Source of the DNA: Phycisphaera mikurensis NBRC 102666
GTDB lineage: Bacteria; Planctomycetota; Phycisphaerae; Phycisphaerales; Phycisphaeraceae
Reading direction: 5' to 3'
DNA: 32,000 bases
NCBI RefSeq assembly: GCF_000284115.1
Contig: NC_017080.1
Coordinates: 1,560,001 to 1,592,000 of the forward strand
Shown here: positions 23,963-32,000 of the stretch, in pieces
Numbering within the stretch: the first letter of the stretch is position 1
How the letters are laid out: the number at the start of each line of letters is the position of its first letter
Notes under the pieces: model-generated
The model's database searches: none
What the model saw: the letters and a program-made list of their open reading frames with translations, nothing else
What the model was told of the DNA's origin: nothing
Translations under genes and position numbers: made by a program

Positions 23963-26900
23963 ATGCAGTTGCGACCGGCTCCTTCCTTCCTGTTCGTGGC
24001 GGCGCTCGTGCTGACGGGTTGCGCCGCTTCGCCCTCGGATGGCGGGGCGTCCGCGTCGGGCGGCTCCGGGGAGCGGGCGCTGCCGCCGACGGCGACGCCG
24101 CCGGCGCGCGGCGAAGCGGGGGGTGTCGGCGCGGCCGGCGCGGCGGCCGAGGCGGAGCCCGACGGCCGGCCGCGCCCGGGGCTGGAGCCGCCGCCGGGGC
24201 TCGACGCGGCGGCGCTGGCGCCGCTCGAAGGCGAAGCCCTCGCCGCCGCGCAGCTGCCGCTGGCGGAGATCCGGGCGGGCCTGCCCGAGCCCGTCGCCGG
24301 CGACGCCGCCGCGGCTTCCTCGGGCGAGCCGCCGCTGCAGGCGCAGCGCCTCTTCGGGCGGGCCCAGCAGGCCCTGCTGGAGAACGACCACGCCGAGGCC
24401 GTGCAGATGCTCGAAGCGGCCGCGCGGCTCGCGCCCGGCCAGCCGCGGATCCTCCGCGAGCTCGCGCGGGGGTGGCTCGCGTTGGGCAACCGGCCCCGGG
24501 CGGTGCAGCACCTCCGCGAGGCGGTCCGCCGCCGGCCGGACGACCACGCGTCGCGGCTGCTGCTCGGCCAGCTGCTCGTCGACGCGGGCGAGCCGCAGGC
24601 GGGCCTCGCCGAGCTGCTGCTCGTGGCCGACGCCGCGGACGCCGCGGACCCGGCGCTCCGGCCGCTCGCCGCCTTCCAAGCCGGCCGGACGCTGGTGACG
24701 ATGGACCGGCTCGCCGCTGCAGTCGGCTTGTTCGGCGTCTACCGCGACGCGTCCCGCGAGGGGATGCGGGCCTCCCGCACCGGGGCCGCGCTGCTGGACG
24801 TTGACCGCGTCGCCGCCGGGCACCTGGCCCGCGAGGGCGATCTGCGGGCGCGCCTCGGCGATCCCCGCGGGGCCGCCGACGCCTACGACGCCGCCGTCGC
24901 GGCGCTGCCGGCCCGGGAGGACGGCAGCGCCGGCGTGCCGCTCGACCCGCAGCTGGTCGGCCGCCTCGTCTGGGCGGACCTGCGTCTCGGCCGCGACGCC
25001 TCGGCCCGGGAGCGGCTGGTCGGCTACACCGAGCGAACGGGCGCGGCGCCGGCGGCGCTGGCGCTGGTGGCGTGGGCGGTGGAGGCCGGGCTGCCGGGCG
25101 GGCCGATGGTGGCGGAGTTGCGGCGGTTGGAGGAGTCGGGCGCGGCGATGGCCGATCCCGCGGCGGTGGCGCTCGCGCTGGCGGTGTCGCTGCCGCGGGA
25201 GGAGGCCGTCGCGCTGCTGCGGGAGCGGCAGCAGGCCGCCGGCTTCGAGCCCCGGGTGTACGACGCGCTGCTCGGGCTGCTGCTCGAGGAGGAGGCCGGC
25301 GCGGCGGGGCGCAGCGCCGCGGTCGAATTGGTGATGGAGACGCTGCGGTCGACCCCGCGGCGCGGCTACCTCGCCGTCGCCAGCTGGTTCCGCCGCGCCG
25401 GCGGGCCCGCGGCGGCGGCGGCGGCGGTCGCCGCCACGCCCGCCGCCGCGGCGGAGGACGACGCCGCGGCCTTGACGCTGCGGGCGGTGGTGGAGCGTCA
25501 GCTCGCCGGCGACGGCCTCGGCGAGGCCCCCGCCGCCGCGGGCGAGGCCGGCGGGGCCGGCGAGGAAGCGTCCGCGCCCGCGGGCCCGGAGCCCGCCGTG
25601 GAGGCCCCGCTCGCGCAGCTCGCCCGGGCGGTCGAGCTGCAGCCCGACCTGGCTCTCGCCCGCGTCGAGCGGGCCCGGCTGCTCGGCGTCGCGGGCCGCC
25701 ACGCCGAGGCCCTCGCCGAGCTCGACGCCGTCGCGGAGGGCGTCGAGGACCCGCGGATCCCGCGTCTCCGCGTGGGCCTGCTGCTCGCCGACGGACGGCG
25801 GGACGAGGCCGCGGCGGCCCTGGACCGCCTCGTCGTGGAGAACCCGCGCGACCTCACGCTCGTGCTGCAGCGGGCCCAGCTCCTCGCCGCCAGCGGCGAC
25901 GCGGCGGGGGCCGAGCGGGCGCTGCTGGACGCGCTCGCGGCCAACCCCAGAGCCGAGCCGCTGTACGCCGCGTTGCTCCGCCTCTACGACGACGCCCGTC
26001 TGGGGCCGACGCTGCCGGACTACCCGCAGAACTACGAGCGGCTCCGCCGCCGGATCTTCCAGGAGATCCCCGAGACCCGCGTCGCCCGCCTCACCGCCGC
26101 CGCGTACCTGGAGGCCAGCGGCGACAACGACCAGGCCCGCCGCGTGCTCACCGAGCTGCTCGAGGCCAACCCCAACGACCGCGAGGCGCAGTTCCTGCTG
26201 CTCGACGTGCTGCGCGACCTGGGCGACGCCGCGGCCGCGGACGCTCTGGTCGAAGACCTGCTCGCCGCCGGCCGCGACGCGCCGGCCCTGGTCGCCGCGC
26301 GCGACCACTACGCCCGCACCGGCAATCGGCCCAAGCTGCTCGACGCGCTCCGCGGCCTGCGGGACCTGCAACCCGAAGGCTTCGCCCGCGACTTCGCCAC
26401 CGCCCGGATCCAGCTGCTCGACGAGGACTTCGCGGGCGCCGCCGAGACGGCGGCCGGCGTGCTCCCGGGGCCCACCGACGCGGAGAGCCTCGCCGCGACC
26501 GAGGTGCTCGTCGCGGCGGCCTCGGAGCTGCCGGCGGCCGAGGCCGTCCCGCTGCTGGTCGCCGCCCGGGACGCCTCCCCGGTGGTCGCCGCCGTGGTCG
26601 CCTACGCCCTCGCCGACGCGTACGACCGAGACGGCCGCCCGGAGGAGGCCGAGGCCACGCTGCTGGAGGCGCTGGAGGCTTCGCCCAACGATGCCCAGCT
26701 CAACAACGCCATCGGCTACCGCTGGGCGTACCGCGGGGTCCGGCTCGAGGAAGCCGAGCGCCTGATCGGCCGGGCCGTCGCGGCCGAGAGCGACAACCCG
26801 GCGTACCTCGATTCGCTGGGCTGGGTGCTGTACCAGCAGGGCCGTTTCGAGGAGGCCATGCACTGGCTCGACGAGAGCCGCGAGAAGCCCGGCGGCCAGA

Positions 26901-27328
26901 ACCCGGTGATCCTGCTGCACGCCGGCGACACGCTGCACCGGCTCGGGCGGACCGACGAGGCGGTGGACGCTTGGTCGGAGGCGCTTGCGAACGCCGCCGG
27001 CCTGGACGAGCGTCTCGACCCCGAGCTGGTCGGCATCGGCGACCGGCTCCAGGCGCGCATCGACGCCGCCGACGGCGCCGAGCCGGGCGTGGCCGTCCCC
27101 GTCGCCCGCACCGGGGCCGAACCCGGCGAGGCCGGCTCCGACGTGCCCGTCCCGGTCGCCCCGCCGGCGGAGCCCGAGGCGCCCGCTTCCCAGGAGGAAC
27201 CGGCGCAGGCGGTGGAGGCCGGGGACGCGGAGCCCGAGGCCGCCACGCCGCAGGAGGGCGTGGAGCCGACCTCCGAGCGGGTGGCCCCGCTGCCGCCCGC
27301 CCCGCCGGCCCCGCCCGCGAGCGACTAG
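23963..27328 (+). CDS. Large TPR-repeat lipoprotein
   Basis: 1121-aa ORF. The lipoprotein signal has a lipobox (FLFVAALVLTGC). Many TPR-like Ala/Leu-rich helical pairs are present, for example AYLDSLGWVLYQQGRFEEAMHWLDES and GDTLHRLGRTDEAVDAWSEAL. The C-terminal tail is Pro/Glu/Ala-rich. Confidence 0.8.
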   Translation: MQLRPAPSFLFVAALVLTGCAASPSDGGASASGGSGERALPPTATPPARGEAGGVGAAGAAAEAEPDGRPRPGLEPPPGLDAAALAPLEGEALAAAQLPLAEIRAGLPEPVAGDAAAASSGEPPLQAQRLFGRAQQALLENDHAEAVQMLEAAARLAPGQPRILRELARGWLALGNRPRAVQHLREAVRRRPDDHASRLLLGQLLVDAGEPQAGLAELLLVADAADAADPALRPLAAFQAGRTLVTMDRLAAAVGLFGVYRDASREGMRASRTGAALLDVDRVAAGHLAREGDLRARLGDPRGAADAYDAAVAALPAREDGSAGVPLDPQLVGRLVWADLRLGRDASARERLVGYTERTGAAPAALALVAWAVEAGLPGGPMVAELRRLEESGAAMADPAAVALALAVSLPREEAVALLRERQQAAGFEPRVYDALLGLLLEEEAGAAGRSAAVELVMETLRSTPRRGYLAVASWFRRAGGPAAAAAAVAATPAAAAEDDAAALTLRAVVERQLAGDGLGEAPAAAGEAGGAGEEASAPAGPEPAVEAPLAQLARAVELQPDLALARVERARLLGVAGRHAEALAELDAVAEGVEDPRIPRLRVGLLLADGRRDEAAAALDRLVVENPRDLTLVLQRAQLLAASGDAAGAERALLDALAANPRAEPLYAALLRLYDDARLGPTLPDYPQNYERLRRRIFQEIPETRVARLTAAAYLEASGDNDQARRVLTELLEANPNDREAQFLLLDVLRDLGDAAAADALVEDLLAAGRDAPALVAARDHYARTGNRPKLLDALRGLRDLQPEGFARDFATARIQLLDEDFAGAAETAAGVLPGPTDAESLAATEVLVAAASELPAAEAVPLLVAARDASPVVAAVVAYALADAYDRDGRPEEAEATLLEALEASPNDAQLNNAIGYRWAYRGVRLEEAERLIGRAVAAESDNPAYLDSLGWVLYQQGRFEEAMHWLDESREKPGGQNPVILLHAGDTLHRLGRTDEAVDAWSEALANAAGLDERLDPELVGIGDRLQARIDAADGAEPGVAVPVARTGAEPGEAGSDVPVPVAPPAEPEAPASQEEPAQAVEAGDAEPEAATPQEGVEPTSERVAPLPPAPPAPPASD

Positions 27329-27483
27329 AGCATCGTGCGCGATTTTCCGATCGGCCTGCGTCCGCGCGTCGTGTTCCTCGTGAGGAGGCGAAGCAGCCCT
27401 GCCCCTGCAGGGCGATGCAGCCGACGAAGCGAGGGGCACGACTCGCCCGCAGAGGCGATCGGAAATTGCGCACGGTGCGCTAA
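27325..27483. repeat. 159-bp long imperfect palindrome (MITE-like element, structured RNA or bidirectional terminator) between convergent genes
   Basis: It is centred on the hairpin CCCTGC-CCCT-GCAGGG (27397-27412). The arm blocks are complementary: GTGCGCGATTTTCCGATCGG (27335-27354) with CGATCGGAAATTGCGCAC (27456-27473), and GTCGTG (27368-27373) with CACGAC (27437-27442). The termini are CTAGAGCATCGTGCGC and GCGCACGGTGCGCTAA. Confidence 0.7.
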
Positions 27484-27622
27484 GCCGCGGGCCGCGGGCG
27501 CCGCCGGTGGGTGTGGTTGCTTGCGGCCCGCAGGCAGGCCGGTCGCGCAGCGACGCGTGCTCGGGTCGCGCCTGCGAGAGCCTGAGGCCGAGCGACGCCC
27601 GATCGGTCTACGGCGCGGCCGT

Positions 27623-29263
27623 TCAGGTGCCGGCTGGGTCCCACTCCGCGGCGGCACGCACGTCCGCGTCGGGGTCGTGCCGCAGGAGCGCACGTGCCTC
27701 CTCGGGCAACGCGGCGTCGTCGGCGGCGCGGATGCGCAGCGCCGGGAGCGGGTCCCGTGCGAAGCGCAGCAGCACCGGCACCGGGAGATCCGCCCGGCGG
27801 GCGAGGGCCCAGCGGACCTCGGGCGAGGCGTCGGCCGCGAGCCGCTCCTGCGCCGCCGCCGGCAGGGCCCGGTGGCGGGCGGCGGCGCGGCGGACGCCGG
27901 CGTCGCCGTCGGCCGCGAGGCGATCGAGCAGGAGCGTGTCGGCGTCGGCATGACCCGCCGCCAGCCGCCGCGCCCACGGTCCCAGCGCGGCGAGCCCCGC
28001 CAGCTCCCCGCCGCCGAGCTCGGCCGGCGGGGCCTCCCGCTCCAACCCCTGCAGGTCGGGCGTGCTGCCGGCGGCGACCAGCAGCGTCAGCAGCGAGGCC
28101 GGCGTCGCGGGATGGGCCGCCGCCGCCGCCCGCAGCGTCGGGTCGGCCTCGGTGGCGATCCGCGCGAGCAGGTCCGCCGGGGTCGCCGGGTGAGCGGCCG
28201 CCAGCCGCAGCGCCCAACCCCCACCGGCCTCGACCAGTGCCCGAAGCGCCGCGGCGGGCAGCGTCGGGTCCGGCGGCGCGAGGCCCTGCAGGTCGGCGGC
28301 CGAGCCGGCTCGGGCGAGCTTCGCCGCGACGGCCCGGGGCAGCGGGCCGGCTCCGAGGAGCGCAGCCCGGACCGCCGAAGCGCCGTCGAGGGCCAGACGC
28401 AGCACGAGCGCCTCCGCGGCGTCGGCGTCCCCGCCGACCCGCGCCGCGACCGCCTCCCGCAGCCGGGCGTCGGGCGAGCGGGCGAGCCGCGCGAGCACCG
28501 CGGCGGGCGTCGCCGGGTGCGCGGCGAGCGCGCGGAGCGTGTCGGGGTCTTCGGCGTCCTGCAGCAAGGCGAGGTGGGCGGCGGTGGCCGAGGGGTTGCA
28601 GGCGAGGCCGCCGCGGGCCGCCGCTTCGGTCGCGAGCGTCGCGAGCAGGTCCGCGGGCGTGTCGGGGTGCCGCGCGGCGAGCACTCGCCCGAAGGGGCCC
28701 GCCTCCGCCAGCGCCCGCAGCGCCGTCGGCGGGCTCGGGCGGGGGCTCGCGAAGCCGCGCAGGTCTCCGGTGGCACCGGCTTGCCGGATCCGTTTGACCT
28801 CCGCCGGGTCGATTGCTGGGTGCGCGGCCGCGGCCGCGCGGGTCGCCGGGTCGGCGGCGAGCAAGAGGCCCGCGAGGGTCGGCGCGCCGGCCGCCGGGTG
28901 CGCGGCGACCGCGGCCCGGCACGCCGCGTCGCCCGCGCGGGCGAGGCGGTGGAGCAGGCCCGCGCCCGCGCCGGGGTGCGAAGCGATCAAACGCTGCGCC
29001 CACGGCCCCAGCGCCGCCGCCGCCTCCAGCTCGCCCGCGGTCATCGGCCGCGTCGCCCCGCTCGCACCCGCCAGCCCCGCGGCCGCGCCCGCCGCTTCGA
29101 GCAGGACCAGCGTCGAAGCCGGTGTCGAAGGGTTCCGCGCCGCCGCCCGGCGGACGTGCAGGTTCGCGTCGCCGCACAGCCGGCTCAGCTGCGCCGCCGG
29201 GGTCGCCGGGTCCTCCGCCCGGCGGCGCCGTTGGGGTGCGGATTCGCGGGGCGGGGGCGGCAA
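27623..29263 (-). CDS. Leucine-rich-repeat-variant (LRV/HEAT-like) repeat protein
   Basis: 546-aa ORF with a TTG start 18 nt after the upstream stop. LRV-type helical repeats recur (AAHPATPADLLARLA, ARNPSTPASTLVLL, RHPDTPADLLATLA). There are four larger modules, each containing AG...DLxGL...L.AL...GPWA.RLAA.HP. Confidence 0.7.
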   Translation of the reverse strand: MPPPPRESAPQRRRRAEDPATPAAQLSRLCGDANLHVRRAAARNPSTPASTLVLLEAAGAAAGLAGASGATRPMTAGELEAAAALGPWAQRLIASHPGAGAGLLHRLARAGDAACRAAVAAHPAAGAPTLAGLLLAADPATRAAAAAHPAIDPAEVKRIRQAGATGDLRGFASPRPSPPTALRALAEAGPFGRVLAARHPDTPADLLATLATEAAARGGLACNPSATAAHLALLQDAEDPDTLRALAAHPATPAAVLARLARSPDARLREAVAARVGGDADAAEALVLRLALDGASAVRAALLGAGPLPRAVAAKLARAGSAADLQGLAPPDPTLPAAALRALVEAGGGWALRLAAAHPATPADLLARIATEADPTLRAAAAAHPATPASLLTLLVAAGSTPDLQGLEREAPPAELGGGELAGLAALGPWARRLAAGHADADTLLLDRLAADGDAGVRRAAARHRALPAAAQERLAADASPEVRWALARRADLPVPVLLRFARDPLPALRIRAADDAALPEEARALLRHDPDADVRAAAEWDPAGT

Positions 29264-29281
29264 GCCGCCGACCGTACGCGC

Positions 29282-30130
29282 TCATCGATCGATCGAATCG
29301 ATCCACGCCTGCAGCGTCCGGCCGCACGCGGCGGGCGCCTCGAACATCGGCAGGTGCCCCACGCCGGGCAGGACCGCCAGGCGGGCGGCGGAACAGGCCG
29401 CCGCCGCGTCTCCGGCGGCGCCGACCGGGAACACCGGGTCGGCTCCGCCATGGAGGAACAGCGTCGGCAAGGCGAGCTCCGGCAGGTTCTCGCGCAGGTC
29501 CAGCCCCGCCAGCGCCCGCAGGGCCCGCCGCATCGGCTCGGTCGGTGCCCGCCACAGCGCCGGCAGGTAGGCCCGGGAGGCGGCCCGGAAGCCCGGGCTC
29601 CGCCGCAGCGCCGCGGCGTCGCCCGCCGCGAGGCCCGCCAGCCAGCGGTGCAGCAAGACCGAGCACGAGCCCAGCCGCACCCCCAACTGGAAGGCCGTCG
29701 GGCTCGCCGCCGCCGCCACCGCAACCCGCTGCAGCGGCGTCGCGTGCTCGCCCCCGCGGAAGAGGCCGCCGGCCGTGCCCGACACGCAGGCCACCGCCGC
29801 CACCCGCCCGGGCCGGCGGCACGCCAGGCACAGCGCCGCCAGCCCGCCGAGCGAGTGGCCGACGACCGCGGCGTCGTCGCCGATCCCCGCTTCCCGGAGC
29901 GTCGCCGCCAAGAGGTCCGCGAGCCCTTCCGCCGTCGCGTCCGCCCAGGCCCCCGGCGGGGAGCCCGCGTGCCCGGGCAGCCCGACCGACAGGCACGGGT
30001 GCTGGTCGATCAGCGACGCCGGCAGCGCCGACCGGCCCATCGCGTGCGTCACGAACGCCCCGTGCACGAAGACGACGGGGCGCCCGGAAGAGGCGGCGCC
30101 GAAGCGGTCGGAGGCGAGCGTGTGCCGCAT
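29282..30130 (-). CDS. Alpha/beta-fold hydrolase
   Basis: The ATG at 30130 gives 282 aa. Motifs: VVFVHGA, the nucleophile elbow GHSLGG, and the distal LFLHGGADPV ... GVGHLPMFE with Asp/His candidates. Confidence 0.8.
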   Translation of the reverse strand: MRHTLASDRFGAASSGRPVVFVHGAFVTHAMGRSALPASLIDQHPCLSVGLPGHAGSPPGAWADATAEGLADLLAATLREAGIGDDAAVVGHSLGGLAALCLACRRPGRVAAVACVSGTAGGLFRGGEHATPLQRVAVAAAASPTAFQLGVRLGSCSVLLHRWLAGLAAGDAAALRRSPGFRAASRAYLPALWRAPTEPMRRALRALAGLDLRENLPELALPTLFLHGGADPVFPVGAAGDAAAACSAARLAVLPGVGHLPMFEAPAACGRTLQAWIDSIDR

Positions 30131-30196
30131 GCCCGCGTTGTAGCCCACTGTGCGCCGGCTCCTGGTCCCTTGGCCTCGCGGGCCGGGCCGAGCGTG

Positions 30197-30212
30197 GCGC
30201 ACGATGCTCTAG
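30197..30212. repeat. Third copy (inverted) of the terminal 16-mer of the 27325-27483 palindrome
   Basis: GCGCACGATGCTCTAG at 30197-30212 is the exact reverse complement of CTAGAGCATCGTGCGC at 27325-27340. It lies in the divergent hydrolase/tilS intergenic region. Confidence 0.6.
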
Positions 30213-30222
30213 CGTCGGCCGC

Positions 30223-31257
30223 GTGGACGGCTCGTCGTCAACGCGAGAGGTGAGGGCGGCGCTCGCGGCGTCGCTGACCGCAACCGGGCTCGCCGGGAGC
30301 GGCACGCTCTTGATCGCGTGCTCGGGCGGCGGCGACTCGGTGGCTCTGCTGCGTGCGCTGCTGGATCTCCGCGGCAAGCGCGGCTTCGCGTACGCCCTCC
30401 GCGTGGCCCACGTCGACCACGGCTTGCGCTCGGAGAGCGGGCGGGACGCCGCGTGGGTCGCCGCTCTCGCCGCGTCTTTGGGCGTGGCCGCGGCCACGCT
30501 GCGGATCGACTGCGACGGCTTGGGGAACCCGGAGGCGCGGGCACGCGTGCGTCGCTACGCGGCGCTCGCCGACGCGGCGGCGGCCGCGGGCGCCGCCGCC
30601 GTGCTGACCGCCCACTCCGCGGACGACCAGCTCGAGACGCTGCTGATGCGGCTGATCCGCGGCGCCGGGACCCGCGGCATGTCGGGGATCCCGGCCGAGC
30701 GCCCGCTCGCTCCCGGCGTCCGCCTCGTCCGCCCGCTGCTGCGCGTCCCCCGCGACACGCTCCGGGCCTTCCTCGCCGAGCGGGAGCAGCCCTTCCTGCA
30801 CGACCCGACCAACGACGATCCCTCCCGCCTCCGCGCCCGCCTCCGGCGCGACGTGCTGCCCGTGCTCGCCGACGTGCGGCCCGGCGTCGCCGGGAACGCC
30901 GTCGCGCTCGCGGAGGACCTGCGCGACGCCGACCACGCCCTCGCCTGGGCCGCACGCGGCGTCGTCTTCCCGCTCTCCCGCGGGGATGCGCGGGCGCTGC
31001 CGGCGGCCGTGCTGCACGCCGCGCTTCGTCGCGAGCTCGACGCCGCCGGCGTGCCCGCCGATCGGCGGAACCGGGACCGACGCCGCGCGATGGTCCGCGC
31101 CTGCCGCGACGGGAGCGGGGCGGTGCGGGTCTTCGAGCTGGCGCCGCTGCAGCTGCGCGTCGAGCGGGACCGCGTGCGTCTGATCCGCGGCGACGGTCGC
31201 GGGGCCCAGGAGCAGCCGCCGCGGCCCCGTCGCCGCTCCCGCCCCCGCTCCGCGTGA
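30223..31257 (+). CDS. tilS: tRNA(Ile)-lysidine synthetase
   Basis: PP-loop motif [15 protein letters not shown]. Family motifs [33 protein letters not shown] and NDDP are present. The start is GTG 30223 (alternative GTG 30250). Confidence 0.85.
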   Translation: MDGSSSTREVRAALAASLTATGLAGSGTLLIACSGGGDSVALLRALLDLRGKRGFAYALRVAHVDHGLRSESGRDAAWVAALAASLGVAAATLRIDCDGLGNPEARARVRRYAALADAAAAAGAAAVLTAHSADDQLETLLMRLIRGAGTRGMSGIPAERPLAPGVRLVRPLLRVPRDTLRAFLAEREQPFLHDPTNDDPSRLRARLRRDVLPVLADVRPGVAGNAVALAEDLRDADHALAWAARGVVFPLSRGDARALPAAVLHAALRRELDAAGVPADRRNRDRRRAMVRACRDGSGAVRVFELAPLQLRVERDRVRLIRGDGRGAQEQPPRPRRRSRPRSA

Positions 31258-31332
31258 TCCTGCCGGATGCCATCGACGGCGCCGACGGCGCCGACGAGGC
31301 CGCTGGCCGCGCCCGCGGACGGGCGGAGGGGA

Positions 31333-32000
31333 TCAACCCCCCGCCAGAGCGGCCTCTTCGACGCCGCCGGACTCCAGCTGCACCCGGATCATGCCCCGGT
31401 ACACCCCGCCGGCCTCCATCAGCTCCGCGTGCGTCCCGCGCTCGAGCACCTCGCCGCGGTCGATCACCACGATCTGGTCCGCCCCGGTGATCGTCGACAG
31501 CCGGTGGGCGATGACGAAGCTGGTCCGGTCCTCCATCAGCCGCGCGAGCGAGCCCTGGATCAGCCGCTCGCTCTCGGTGTCCAGCGCCGAGGTCGCCTCG
31601 TCGAGGATCAGCACCCGCGGGTCCGCGAGCACCGCGCGGGCGATCGCGAGGCGCTGGCGCTGCCCGCCGGAGAGCTTCACGCCGCGCTCGCCGATCTTCG
31701 TGTCGTAGCCGTGCTCGAGGTCGAGGATGAAGCCGTGCGCGTTCGCGTCGCGGGCCGCGGCCTCGATCATCTGCGGCGTCGCGTCGCGGCGGCCGTAGGC
31801 AATGTTGTCGCGGATCGTCCCGTCGAAGAGGAACACGTCCTGCTCGACGATGCCCAGCAACCGCCGGTAGCTGTCGACGTCGACGTCCCGCAGGTCGCGG
31901 CCGTCGAGCGTGATGCTCCCGCTGGTGACGTCGTAGAAGCGGGCGATGAGGTTGCAGAGCGTCGTCTTGCCGGCGCCGGAGGGGCCCACGAAGGCGGTGG
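31333..32000 (-). CDS. ABC exporter (MsbA/ABCB-like) ATP-binding domain, 5' part outside the window
   Basis: Walker [10 protein letters not shown], signature [14 protein letters not shown], Walker [12 protein letters not shown] and H-loop IAHRL are present. The reading frame continues past position 32000 ([10 protein letters not shown]), so the gene is truncated by the window. Confidence 0.85.
   Translation of the reverse strand, partial: TAFVGPSGAGKTTLCNLIARFYDVTSGSITLDGRDLRDVDVDSYRRLLGIVEQDVFLFDGTIRDNIAYGRRDATPQMIEAAARDANAHGFILDLEHGYDTKIGERGVKLSGGQRQRLAIARAVLADPRVLILDEATSALDTESERLIQGSLARLMEDRTSFVIAHRLSTITGADQIVVIDRGEVLERGTHAELMEAGGVYRGMIRVQLESGGVEEAALAGG

Noticed and set aside
21568-24489. 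973-aa minus-strand ORF as one gene
   Set aside because: Its upstream two-thirds is Arg/Pro-rich and overlaps mqnA, which has clear family motifs in another frame. A GTG at 23016 overlapping the mqnA stop gives a sensible 482-aa product.
31258-31332. Short direct repeat GACGGCGCC x2 between tilS and the ABC exporter gene
   Set aside because: Two copies of a 9-mer in GC-rich DNA is unremarkable, and there is no associated structure.

Overview
This is a very GC-rich (over 70% by eye) bacterial chromosomal window with tightly packed genes. I support 25 CDS; the last is cut by the window end. No rRNA, tRNA, CRISPR array, transposase or integrase was recognised. The gene content suggests a Planctomycetota (Phycisphaerae-like) genome, which is an inference. 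That content includes two DUF1559-type prepilin-leader proteins, a PEP-CTERM protein, futalosine-pathway mqnA and many GTGA start/stop overlaps.

Gene content:
- 6-6595 (+): a seven-gene co-directional cluster. It holds a NitT/TauT-type ABC importer (binding protein, permease, ATPase), a TetR regulator, an arginase/agmatinase-family enzyme and orphan hypA/hypB homologues. I read it as a guanidine uptake plus Ni-dependent guanidine hydrolase (GdmH/GhaA/GhaB-type) operon.
- 6.6-16.8 kb: a cysteine-free secreted tandem rhodanese, the PEP-CTERM protein, a DUF1559 protein coupled to a di-haem cytochrome c peroxidase, a GH15 glucoamylase, a second DUF1559 protein, two hypotheticals and a YacL-like PIN/TRAM protein.
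- 17.8-32.0 kb: hemW, an FHA protein, Nif3, folK, a multi-HTH protein translationally coupled to mqnA, a 1121-aa TPR lipoprotein, an LRV-repeat protein with an alpha/beta hydrolase, tilS and a partial ABC exporter.

Structure not explained by genes:
- A roughly 0.9-kb array of seven 127-129-bp tandem units at 16849-17757. Each unit folds into an ~83-nt hairpin, and the array fills the gap between two convergent genes.
- A 159-bp long imperfect palindrome at 27325-27483.
- The terminal 16-mer of that palindrome recurs perfectly, inverted, at 30197-30212. The two copies bracket the LRV-hydrolase unit.
- Nested inverted repeats fill the mqnA/TPR divergent intergenic region.

Many very long ORFs in the supplied track are off-frame or antisense artefacts of the GC content and were rejected.
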